DNA from: Lentzea pudingi
GTDB lineage: Bacteria > Actinomycetota > Actinomycetes > Mycobacteriales > Pseudonocardiaceae
Assembly: GCF_014646255.1 (NCBI RefSeq)
Contig: NZ_BMNC01000004.1
Span: forward strand, 178,480-202,479
Direction: 5' to 3'
Length of the DNA stretch: 24,000 nucleotides
The notes beneath the pieces were generated by a model, which saw only the letters and a program-made list of their open reading frames with translations, was not told the DNA's origin and made no database searches. A program made the position numbers and the translations under genes. Below, in pieces: positions 1 through 7,124 of this stretch; the first letter of the stretch is position 1; each line of letters begins with the position of its first letter.

Positions 1-834
1 GTCCTTGTCCTTCAGGGTGTCGATGATGATCCCGTTGCCGTCCGAGTGCCTGTCGAGCTTCGTCCAGACGACCTTGGTCTCGTTGTCGTGCACCACGTTG
101 CCGGTGATGCGGATCTTGTACTGCGACGGGTCGCCGGGACCTTCGTCCAGCGCGCGCAGGACGGAGATGCCGCTGGTGGCGTACTCGGTGTACCAGGACG
201 TGGAGTTCACCCTGTTGCGGTCGATCGTCACGTGGTCGGCGTCGATGGCCGAGATGCCACCGCCGGGGCAGTGGTGGACGTGGTTGCCGGTGATCTCCAG
301 GTGGTGCGAGGCCTTGCCGGACTTCTCGTCCTTGTAGGCGCCGATGCAGTTGGTGTTGAAGACGGCCTTCTTCTGCCCGGCCTGCTTCCTCGCCTCCTCC
401 AGGCTGATGGACGCGGCGTCGCCCGCCACCTCGAGGCCCCTGACCTTGATGTGGGAGGCGCCGGTGATCCTGACGCCGTGCCACCCGGTGACAGGGGTGA
501 GCACGGGCTTGTGACCGGGGAACGCCTCGTAGGTGATGGGCGCTCCGGGGATGCCGGAGCGGGTGATGTTCACGACGTCGCGGCCCGGCGCGGTCTCCCG
601 GTAGGTGCCGTTCATCAACTGCACCACGTCACCGGGACCGGTGGAGTCGGCAGCCTTCTGAATCGTTTTGAACGGTTGCGCGGCCGACGTTCCCGCGTTG
701 CCGTCCGATCCGGACGGGCTGACGAAGTACGTGGTGGCCGCGGCATTCGCCGTGCCGCCCGAGGCGAGCAGCACCCATGGTGCGGAGCTGACGCTCACCA
801 CGACGGCGAGCCGTAAGAGGCGAAGGGATTTCAC
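1..834 (-). CDS. Secreted right-handed parallel beta-helix repeat protein (pectate-lyase fold), N-terminal part; the gene continues past the left edge
   Basis: Absent from the ORF track because it is open at the window edge. The reverse complement reads GTG(834) KSLRLLRLAVVVSVSSAPWVLLASGGTANA/AATTYFVSPSGSDGNAGTSAAQPFKTIQKAADSTGPGDVVQLMNGTYRE...LEITGNHVHHCPGGGISAIDADHVTIDRNRV...IRITGNVVHDNE. This gives a signal peptide with an ANA cleavage site, the 'YFVSP.GSD.N.G....PF.TIQ.A' cap, and repeated I.GN.V turns typical of beta-helix proteins. A purine-rich SD, AGGAAGGAAG (847-838), lies 3 nt before the GTG. The frame stays open to position 1 (278 codons). Confidence 0.75.
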   Translation of the reverse strand, partial: MKSLRLLRLAVVVSVSSAPWVLLASGGTANAAATTYFVSPSGSDGNAGTSAAQPFKTIQKAADSTGPGDVVQLMNGTYRETAPGRDVVNITRSGIPGAPITYEAFPGHKPVLTPVTGWHGVRITGASHIKVRGLEVAGDAASISLEEARKQAGQKKAVFNTNCIGAYKDEKSGKASHHLEITGNHVHHCPGGGISAIDADHVTIDRNRVNSTSWYTEYATSGISVLRALDEGPGDPSQYKIRITGNVVHDNETKVVWTKLDRHSDGNGIIIDTLKDKD

Positions 835-1039
835 GTGCTTCCTTCCTGAGGCGACACGGTTCGCGTCCTCGCCCGTTCGGTCGCGGGGCGCGAGTGTGCC
901 GGACGTCCTGTGCTCCCGCAACCCTCCGGTCGGAGGCGTCCAAACGGGGCACTGGCAGGGTCGAGTTCGTTGTGGTGGAACAAAAACCGCTGGTCGGGGA
1001 GTGTGGTACGGCGAGGGCCCCCAGCCGGTTGCCGCTCGT

Positions 1040-1055
1040 GGGAAAAGCTTTTCCC
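1040..1055. promoter_or_regulatory. Perfect 16-bp palindrome GGGAAAAGCTTTTCCC, candidate LacI-family operator (O1)
   Basis: Read directly; it is its own reverse complement. It lies in the 511-bp divergent intergenic region between the beta-helix gene (start 834, minus) and the LacI-family gene (start 1346, plus). A second copy with the same half-sites is at 1217-1232. Confidence 0.45.
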
Positions 1056-1178
1056 GAGGAGACGCGGAGGATCGTAACCGATGCCCGCCGCGTTGTTCAG
1101 GGGGTATGCCTTGTGTTGCGGTGCAAAGCGTTTCATGTGGACTGACGTGCGTCTTCTGGGTGGAAGGCAAGTCCTGTC

Positions 1179-1208
1179 TTGAAATCAGCGTTCCGGCATG
1201 CCTAGAGT
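1179..1208 (+). promoter_or_regulatory. Candidate housekeeping-type promoter: -35 TTGAAA (1179-1184), 18-nt spacer, -10 TAGAGT (1203-1208)
   Basis: Matches the actinobacterial TTGACN-N17/18-TANNNT pattern. It is oriented toward the LacI-family gene, and operator O2 begins 9 nt downstream of the -10 element. Confidence 0.35.
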
Positions 1209-1216
1209 GGTAGCGC

Positions 1217-1232
1217 GGGAAAACATTTTCCC
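1217..1232. promoter_or_regulatory. GGGAAAACATTTTCCC, second operator-like inverted repeat (O2)
   Basis: It has the same 7-bp arms as O1 (GGGAAAA / TTTTCCC); only the central dinucleotide differs (CA versus GC). It sits over the predicted transcription start of the candidate promoter at 1179-1208. Confidence 0.45.
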
Positions 1233-1345
1233 AAGCCTTGCCGACGACTCGCCGCCGGCCGGTGCCGGGCGGTGCCGGACGGCCGGGAACCACTGGTCCG
1301 GGGTGGACTGGGTGGGCGGCGGCTTGGTCCGTAGGATCAGCGGGC

Positions 1346-2398
1346 GTGGAGGGAAACGCGACGCTGTTCGACGTGGCACGGGTGGCAGGGGTGTCCCTGG
1401 CGACCGCGTCGAGGGCGATCAACGGCAGTGCTCGGACGGTGGGCGCGGAACTGCGCGAGAAGGTGCTGCGGGCCGCGCAGGAGTTGGACTACTCCCCGAA
1501 CGTGGCTGCCAGGGCGATGAAGCGCGGCCACGCCGAGGTGGTCGGCATGATCGTCCCCGACATCGCGGACCCCTACTTCTCGGGCATCGCCTCGGGGGTC
1601 ATGAAGGCCGCCGACGAGCAGGGCCTGATGGTGTCGATCGCCAGCACGCGCCGGCAGAGCAGCCGGGAAGCCGAGTACCTGGAGGGATTCCGCCGCCAGC
1701 GCAACCGCGCGGTCATCCTCGCGGGCAGCCGCACCACCAGCCGTGCCGAGGTCGACCGCCTGCGCGCCGAGGTCGACCGCTTCGAGGCGCAGGGCGGCAG
1801 GGTCGCGGTGGTGAGCCAGCGCAAGCTCCCGGTGGACACCGTGGTCGTGGAGAACCGCCAGGGCGCCAGGGCGCTGGCGGCGGACCTCGCCGGACTGGGC
1901 TACCGCGACTTCGTCGTGCTCGCCGGCCCCCGCGACCTGCTCACCGCCAAGGACCGGCTCGACGGTTTCCGGACGGGTCTCGCCGACCACCGCGTCGAAC
2001 TGGCCAGGGAGAGGGTCGTCAACGGCGAGTTCAGCAGGGACGGTGGCTTCCAGGCGATGGAGCAGGTCCTGGACGAGCGCGACGACATCGACTGCGTGTT
2101 CGCCGTCAACGACGTCATGGCGCTCGGGGCGATCGCGGCCATCCGTTCGCGGGGACTCGACGTACCCCGCCACCTGTCGATCGCGGGCTTCGGCGACATC
2201 TCGACGCTGCGGGACATGTCGCCGCGGCTGACGACCGTGCGGGTGGACCTCGAGAAGTTGGGGCGCCTGGCGCTGGAGATGATCTTGTCGGACGGTGGGG
2301 GCGTGCCGCGCACCCACCGGGAGAAGTGCCAGGTGGTGCGGGGGTCCAGCACCCCTGGCCGGAAACCCGCCGGCCGCGGGGCGGCAGCGAGGAAATGA
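1346..2398 (+). CDS. LacI/GalR-family transcriptional repressor
   Basis: Track ORF 1238..2398. The N-terminal HTH is 'ATLFDVARVAGVSLATASRAINGSARTVGAELREKVLRAAQELDYSPNVAARAMK', followed by a periplasmic-binding-protein-like sugar-binding core (VGMIVPDIADPYF..., FAVNDVMALGA). I prefer the in-frame GTG at 1346 (350 aa, normal family length); the 36 codons upstream are G/P/W/T-rich and not HTH-like. Confidence 0.9.
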   Translation: MEGNATLFDVARVAGVSLATASRAINGSARTVGAELREKVLRAAQELDYSPNVAARAMKRGHAEVVGMIVPDIADPYFSGIASGVMKAADEQGLMVSIASTRRQSSREAEYLEGFRRQRNRAVILAGSRTTSRAEVDRLRAEVDRFEAQGGRVAVVSQRKLPVDTVVVENRQGARALAADLAGLGYRDFVVLAGPRDLLTAKDRLDGFRTGLADHRVELARERVVNGEFSRDGGFQAMEQVLDERDDIDCVFAVNDVMALGAIAAIRSRGLDVPRHLSIAGFGDISTLRDMSPRLTTVRVDLEKLGRLALEMILSDGGGVPRTHREKCQVVRGSSTPGRKPAGRGAAARK

Positions 2399-2442
2399 CC
2401 GCAACGCGGTCGCGGGCCGAGGCGGTAGATGCGCAAGGCCCT

Positions 2443-2997
2443 TCACGCTCCTCGTCGAACTCCCATCTCCTCCATGGTCAGCCTCAACGCCTTCAGCCCG
2501 AAGTGGACCCTGCTGCGCAGGGTCGCCTGTGGCACGCCCAGTTCGGCGGCCACCTCGCGGTACGACCTGTCGCGCAGGTAGGTCTCGACCAGGGCGGTCC
2601 GCTGGTCCGAGCTGATCCGCAGCAGCGCGACCTGCACCAGGCGCCGGTCGATCGCGGTGCCCGCGATGTCGGTGCTGACCTCACCGGCCGCGGCGGCGGC
2701 TCTCATCGCGGCGGCGATCCGCTTGTCGTGGCGCAGTCGCGAGCGGACCTCGTCGATCACCACGTTGCGAGCGATGGTGAACAGCCACACGCGAACGGTG
2801 GCCAACTCGGGCTTGAAGCCGCCCGCGGACTTCCACGCCCGCAGGAACACCTCCTGCACCGCCTCTTCCGCCGCGCAGCCGTCACCCAGCTGCCGCACTG
2901 CGAAGCGGTGCAACTCCGGCGCGTGCAAGGCGTAGACCTCCCGGACCCTGAAGCTGCCGTGCAGGTCGGGGCTCTGTCGACTGCCGATGTCCGCCAT
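2443..2997 (-). CDS. ECF (group 4) RNA polymerase sigma-70 family factor
   Basis: 184 aa. Region 2 reads 'HAPELHRFAVRQLGDGCAAEEAVQEVFLRAWKSAGGF...RVWLFTIARNVVIDEVR'. Region 4 reads 'SDQRTALVETYLRDRSYREVAAELGVPQATLRSRVHFGLKALR'. The SD GGGGAG lies 4 nt before the ATG. Confidence 0.9.
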   Translation of the reverse strand: MADIGSRQSPDLHGSFRVREVYALHAPELHRFAVRQLGDGCAAEEAVQEVFLRAWKSAGGFKPELATVRVWLFTIARNVVIDEVRSRLRHDKRIAAAMRAAAAAGEVSTDIAGTAIDRRLVQVALLRISSDQRTALVETYLRDRSYREVAAELGVPQATLRSRVHFGLKALRLTMEEMGVRRGA

Positions 2998-3065
2998 GAG
3001 CTCCCCGTCGCCGTTCCTGCGGGGGATTCGAGACCGCGGACATGACGGATGGGTGATTTCGTCCT

Positions 3066-3097
3066 GTTTTCAACGCGACGGGTGGTCCGGTCGTAAA
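3066..3097. promoter_or_regulatory. Candidate back-to-back ECF-type promoters sharing one -35 region
   Basis: Plus strand: TTCAAC (3069-3074), N17, CGTAAA (3092-3097), about 35 nt upstream of the DUF4394 ATG. Minus strand: GAAAAC (3071-3066), N18, CGTCAT (3047-3042), upstream of the ECF sigma gene. Both fit the generic ECF 'AAC...CGT' pattern. This is motif-by-eye only. Confidence 0.3.
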
Positions 3098-3131
3098 CAC
3101 CTGCGACCACAACCCACACCGGGAGAACACC

Positions 3132-3983
3132 ATGCGTATTGCTCGCACGACTGCGCTCGTGGGCGCGGCAGCACTGCTCATGACCGCACTCGGCGCCACG
3201 CCCGCGTCGGCGTCGGCCGACCAGCCCCGTGTCCACCTGCTGACTTCCGACGGAGTCCTGAGCACCAGGAGCTGGTCGTCCCCGTTGCTGTCCCAGCAGC
3301 GCGTCCGCGTCAGCGGGCTCAAAGCCCGCGACCGGCTGATCGGCATGGACGTGCGGCCCGCGACCCGAGCGTTGTACGCGATCGCTGCCTCTGGCCAGCT
3401 CTACGTCCTCGACCCGCGCACGGGCAAAGCGACCGCGGTGGGCGCGCCCGCCGCGATCACGGGAACGGCCGTGGGCTTCGACTTCAACCCGGCCGTGGAC
3501 CGCATCCGCCTGGTCGCGACCAGCGGCCAGAACCTGCGGCTGCACCCGGACACCGGGGCGGTGGCGGCCGTCGACACACCACTCGCCTATGCCCAGGGAG
3601 ACCGCGCCGAGGGCAGCACTCCGCAGGTTTCCGGCGCCGGCTACACCAACAGCGTCGCCGGTGCGACGTCCACCACCCTCTACGACCTGGACAGCCGCAG
3701 GGACACCCTCGTCACGCAGGGCACGGTCGCGGGCGCGACCCCGGTCGTGTCCCCGAACACCGGACAGCTGTTCACCGTCGGCGGCCTCGGCCTCGACATC
3801 GCCAAGACCAACGGCTTCGACATCGCCACCGTGGGCGGACGCGACTCCGCCATGGCCGCGGTGCAACCCGACTTCTCGTTGCTGGGCGGATCGCTCCTGG
3901 TGAAGGTCAGCCTGACCACCGGCCGCGCCTCGGTCGTCGGCCTCGCCGGAGGTGACGTCGTAGGACTCGCGTTCGCCCGCTGA
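3132..3983 (+). CDS. Secreted DUF4394 domain protein
   Basis: 283 aa. The signal peptide is MRIARTTALVGAAALLMTALGATPASASA. The body contains 'LIGMDVRPATRALYAIAASGQLYVLDPRTGKAT', 'GFDFNPAVDRIRLVATSGQNLRLHPDTG', 'AGYTNSVAGATSTTLYDLDSRRDTLVTQ' and 'NGFDI', the repeated motifs I associate with DUF4394. The SD GGGAGAA precedes the ATG. Confidence 0.8.
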   Translation: MRIARTTALVGAAALLMTALGATPASASADQPRVHLLTSDGVLSTRSWSSPLLSQQRVRVSGLKARDRLIGMDVRPATRALYAIAASGQLYVLDPRTGKATAVGAPAAITGTAVGFDFNPAVDRIRLVATSGQNLRLHPDTGAVAAVDTPLAYAQGDRAEGSTPQVSGAGYTNSVAGATSTTLYDLDSRRDTLVTQGTVAGATPVVSPNTGQLFTVGGLGLDIAKTNGFDIATVGGRDSAMAAVQPDFSLLGGSLLVKVSLTTGRASVVGLAGGDVVGLAFAR

Positions 3984-3995
3984 GCCGGCCGCGAA

Positions 3996-4028
3996 CGGCC
4001 GCCGCGGACTCGAGGCCCGCGGCGGCCG
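3996..4028 (+). terminator. GC-rich hairpin downstream of the DUF4394 gene (candidate intrinsic terminator)
   Basis: CGGCCGCCGCGG (3996-4007) pairs with CCGCGGCGGCCG (4017-4028), giving a 12-bp stem and a 9-nt loop, 13 nt after the stop codon. There is no U-tract, which is common in actinomycetes. Confidence 0.35.
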
Positions 4029-4132
4029 GGGCCCTGATCACTTGCGGGTCGCGGTGGCGGCAGCAGGAAGTTCCGCTCGATCGTGACGCAGGGCAGCCGA
4101 ACCGCCGAGCGGGCGTCGAGCGAACACAGGAA

Positions 4133-4618
4133 GTGAGGACCGTGCTCCCGAACGACCAGCCCGGCGACGAACCGGGACTCCTCTCGCAGGAGCTGGACCT
4201 GGACCGTCCGAGACCGTCGATCGCGGCGGTCAGGGACTGGACCAGGGACGGGCTGAGCGGCCTGGACGAAGACGTCCTGGAGGACGTCGTGCTGGTGATC
4301 AACGAGCTGGTGAGCAACGCGTTCGACCACGGCCTGCCCCCGCGCCGGATCAGGCTGCACCGGTCCAGCGATCTCCGCCTGGTCCGGGTGGAGGTCGACG
4401 ACGCCTCGCTCGACACGCCGGTCGTGGGCGCCTCACGCCTCAACGCCGACCGCGGCCGGGGATTGATCATCGTCGATCGGCTGGTCAAGGGGTGGGGGGT
4501 CGTGGACCAGCCGGCCGGCAAGACCGTCTGGGCGGAGGTCGACGCGGTGCTTCCAGTAGGTCGCGACGAGCCTTCTCGACACGATCACCCGACGCTGACC
4601 GCCCGCAGCGTGTCATAG
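4133..4618 (+). CDS. RsbW/SpoIIAB-like anti-sigma factor / serine kinase (HATPase_c only)
   Basis: 161 aa. The N-box is 'VVLVINELVSNAFDHG', followed by 'RLVRVEVDDAS' and the G-box-like 'DRGRGLIIVDRLVKGWGV...GKTVWAEV'. An in-frame alternative GTG is at 4142. Confidence 0.8.
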   Translation: MRTVLPNDQPGDEPGLLSQELDLDRPRPSIAAVRDWTRDGLSGLDEDVLEDVVLVINELVSNAFDHGLPPRRIRLHRSSDLRLVRVEVDDASLDTPVVGASRLNADRGRGLIIVDRLVKGWGVVDQPAGKTVWAEVDAVLPVGRDEPSRHDHPTLTARSVS

Positions 4619-4748
4619 AGCGGACGCGGGTCGGCTGGGCCGTGGCCGCGCGGCGGGCAGTCCGGCAGCGGTCGAGCTCGGCGTTGATCATGTGCGGCCG
4701 CGTGGCAGCTCTTACGCTCGGAACGCGTCCTGTCGCACTGAGGATCGA

Positions 4749-5162
4749 ATGTCGTTGCCGAGCAGAAGGCCAGGAACTCCGATGGACCCCACAGTTCGGG
4801 CCGCGTCGGTCACCGTCAGCGCAGCCGAGCACTCCGACGTGCTGGTCGTGCGGCTGTCCGGCGACCTGGACGCCGAGTCCGCCGTCGCGGCGCAGGCCGC
4901 GCTGGTCGAGATGACCGACGGGCTGATCCCGCCCGCACGGGTCGTCCTCGACCTGACAGCGGTGGACCTGCTGTCAGCAGCCGGTGTCCGCGTTCTGCAA
5001 GGCCTCGTCGGCACGTTCGCCGAGCGGAACGTCGGTGTTCGTCTCGCGGCGGACCCGGACAGCCTCGTGCACTCGATGGTGAGGCTTGCTCTGCAGGACC
5101 ACGGAATCGGTGTTCACACCAGCGTGTCAGACGCCCTCCGTGCCAGGTGTTCAGGCAGGTGA
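4749..5162 (+). CDS. STAS-domain anti-sigma-factor antagonist (RsbV/SpoIIAA-like)
   Basis: Track ORF 4692..5162. The STAS core is 'VLVVRLSGDLDAESAVAAQAAL...RVVLDLTAVDLLSAAGVRVLQGL...VGVRLAADPDSLVHSMVRLALQD'. ATG 4749 is preceded by GAGGA, and ATG 4782 is preceded by AGGAA; either could be the start. Confidence 0.8.
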   Translation: MSLPSRRPGTPMDPTVRAASVTVSAAEHSDVLVVRLSGDLDAESAVAAQAALVEMTDGLIPPARVVLDLTAVDLLSAAGVRVLQGLVGTFAERNVGVRLAADPDSLVHSMVRLALQDHGIGVHTSVSDALRARCSGR

Positions 5163-7115
5163 CCACGGCAGGTCGACGAGATCGAGGACGAAGGCCGCCG
5201 GACTGCCGCGGTGGGCGATCAACACCGGTTCGTGGTGATGTGCGGCGAGTTGCCCGGCGAGGTCGTAGAGGATCCGCACGCCCGCGCTGAGCAGGTGGGA
5301 GACCTCGGACAGGTCGACGGTCAGGGGCAGCACGCCGCCTCGGGAGGCGAGGAACAGGTGGCGTGCGAACTCGGTCGAGGTCATCGCGTCCACTGGGCCG
5401 TGCACGCGTACGACCGCCGTGTCCGGGCCTTCCACCGTCTCGACGCGGAACGCCGGGGAGGGCTCCTCGTGCGAGGCGTCGGGGCTCGTGCCGGAGGCGA
5501 GCATCGGGGGTTGGCGGATGCGGTGCCGGAAGGTCACCGTGGTGCCGCGCGCGCCTGGTGGCTCGCCGGCGCGTTGCGGGGGATGGGTGACGGTGACCTC
5601 GTCGACGAGTTGCTGGCACAGCATCAGGCCACGTCCTCTGTCGGTGCTGCCGGGGTCCGCCGCACGCCAGCGGCCCTCGTCGCCGACGCGGAGTTCGCAG
5701 ATGCCGTCGGGTGTCAGCTGTGCGGTGATCAGGACGGTGCCCTGCCGGCCTGGCGGGTAGGCGTGTTCGGCCGTGTTGGTGGTCGCTTCGCCGACGGCGA
5801 ACTCGAGGACCTCCCGGTCTCGTCGGCCCGCGTTGACGCCGGCCAGCCAGTCCCGGATCTCGCGCCGGGCGAGAGCCAGGTTGGAGAGCGTGCTGGCGAA
5901 CCGCACCGACAGCGGTGGCACCGGCTCGGCCAGGCGCTGGACCGCGAGGGTGGTGACGTCGTCGCGGTAGCCGGTGCGGGTGAGCAGGTCGATGGTGAGC
6001 CGGCAGACTCGTTCGACCGCCTGATCAGTCTCGGTGTGGGGCAGCACGCGGTTCATCGCGGCGTCCGCAGCCAGCGTGGCGAGTTCGACAGCGGCTTCGC
6101 CCGGTGTGCGGCCGGGCCGTTCGACCAAGCCGTCTGAGTACAGCAGGACCAGGTCGTCGGGGGCGAGGCGAGCAGTGGACAGAGCGGGGGAGCGGCCCAC
6201 ACCGAGTGGCCCGCTCGTCGGACCGCTCAGGAACTCGGTGGTGCCGTCCGCTCGGACCACGAGCGGCGGTGGGTGGCCGCACGAGCTGTAGGACAACTCT
6301 CCTGTCCGCGGATCGAGCTTGACCACCGCGAGTGTGGCGGCGTGCAGGGCCCGGTGACCCGCGGCGAAGGAATTGGTCTGCTCGAGCGCGCTGAGCAGGT
6401 CGTCGTTGGTGTGCAACAGGAACGCCAGGACCGTGCGCAGCTGGCCCATCGCCGCCGACGCGGTGACGCCGCTTCCCGCGACGTCACCCACCGCCAGGAC
6501 GACGGCGCCGTCCTTCAGCGGGATGGCGTCGAACCAGTCACCTCCGGCGGTGGGGCCGTGCTCGCCGGCCAGGTACCTCGCGGCGATCCTGGCCTGCGGC
6601 AGCACCGGCAGCGATGTCGGCAACAACGCGGCTTGCAGCTCCGCGACCCCACGGCCGCGCCGATCCCGGACCTGCTCGGTGACGTCGACGGCGTACGCCG
6701 AAACGCCGCGAACCGCCCCGTCGTCGTGGAAGTACGGCTCCATCACGAGATCGACGAAGGCCTCCACCGGCCTACCGGCGGCACGATCGACCTGGACACC
6801 CCACTCACCGACCGTGTGCGGCTCTCCTGTGACGTAGACCCGGTCGATCCCGGCCTGGACTCGTCGGCCCTCCAACCCCGGCAGCAGCTCACGGGCCGCC
6901 AGGCCCACGGGTTCGGAGACCCCGGCGAATCTGCGGAAGGCTTCGTTCGCCGCGACCAGCCGCTGCTCAGGCCCTTCCCAGGCGGCGAGCGCCGGCGACG
7001 ACTCGTCGAACCGGTCACGCACGACGTGCGGATCGCCGACGCGCCGCAAGTGCGTGGCGTCGTCGCGCCGCGATTCCGGTCCCATATCCGCTAGACGTAC
7101 CCAGCCTCGCGTCAC
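5151..7115 (-). CDS. Multidomain partner-switching protein: PAS - PP2C/SpoIIE phosphatase - RsbW-like HATPase - STAS (Rv1364c-type architecture)
   Basis: 654 aa. The N-terminus is PAS-like (ALAAWEGPEQRLVAANEAFRRFAG...). PP2C motifs are 'GGDWFDAIPL...LAVGDVAGSGVTASAAMGQLR', 'LLYSDGLVE' and 'YRDDVTTLAVQRL'. The kinase N-box is 'EFAVGEATTNTAEHAY', followed by 'DRGRGLMLCQQLVDEV'. The C-terminal STAS is 'AVVRVHGPVDAMTSTEFARHL...LTVDLSEVSHLLSAGVRILYDL'. An alternative start is the ATG at 7085. Confidence 0.9.
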   Translation of the reverse strand: MTRGWVRLADMGPESRRDDATHLRRVGDPHVVRDRFDESSPALAAWEGPEQRLVAANEAFRRFAGVSEPVGLAARELLPGLEGRRVQAGIDRVYVTGEPHTVGEWGVQVDRAAGRPVEAFVDLVMEPYFHDDGAVRGVSAYAVDVTEQVRDRRGRGVAELQAALLPTSLPVLPQARIAARYLAGEHGPTAGGDWFDAIPLKDGAVVLAVGDVAGSGVTASAAMGQLRTVLAFLLHTNDDLLSALEQTNSFAAGHRALHAATLAVVKLDPRTGELSYSSCGHPPPLVVRADGTTEFLSGPTSGPLGVGRSPALSTARLAPDDLVLLYSDGLVERPGRTPGEAAVELATLAADAAMNRVLPHTETDQAVERVCRLTIDLLTRTGYRDDVTTLAVQRLAEPVPPLSVRFASTLSNLALARREIRDWLAGVNAGRRDREVLEFAVGEATTNTAEHAYPPGRQGTVLITAQLTPDGICELRVGDEGRWRAADPGSTDRGRGLMLCQQLVDEVTVTHPPQRAGEPPGARGTTVTFRHRIRQPPMLASGTSPDASHEEPSPAFRVETVEGPDTAVVRVHGPVDAMTSTEFARHLFLASRGGVLPLTVDLSEVSHLLSAGVRILYDLAGQLAAHHHEPVLIAHRGSPAAFVLDLVDLPWSPA

Positions 7116-7124
7116 CTATGCGTG

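Noticed and set aside
46-816. 256-aa plus-strand ORF (and 5..337) at the left edge
   Set aside because: It is antisense to the signal-peptide-bearing beta-helix protein gene that reads cleanly on the minus strand. Its composition is Gly/Asp/Val/Arg-rich shadow-like sequence.
1238-1345. 36-codon N-terminal extension of the LacI-family ORF
   Set aside because: The extension (MPTTRRRPVPGGAGRPGTTGPGWTGW...) precedes the HTH, which normally sits at the extreme N-terminus. The GTG at 1346 gives a canonical 350-aa protein, and the extension would begin just 6 nt downstream of operator O2.
2397-2411. Small hairpin GACCGC-AAC-GCGGTC between the convergent LacI-family and sigma genes, as a bidirectional terminator
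   Set aside because: It has only a 6-bp stem with a 3-nt loop and overlaps the LacI-family stop codon. That is too weak to call.
1198-3045. 615-aa plus-strand ORF spanning the LacI-family and ECF sigma regions
   Set aside because: It is out of frame with the LacI-family gene and antisense to the sigma gene. Its R/G/P-rich translation has no domain features, while the two overlapped genes have clear family motifs.
2757-4521. Minus-strand ORFs 2757..3866, 3680..4360 and 3907..4521
   Set aside because: They are antisense to the DUF4394 and RsbW-like genes, and their translations are Arg/Gly/Pro-rich with no motifs.
4816-7094. ORFs 4816..5619(-), 5211..6137(+) and 6273..7094(+)
   Set aside because: They are alternative-frame or antisense shadows of the STAS gene and the PAS-PP2C-RsbW-STAS gene, and none carries recognisable motifs.
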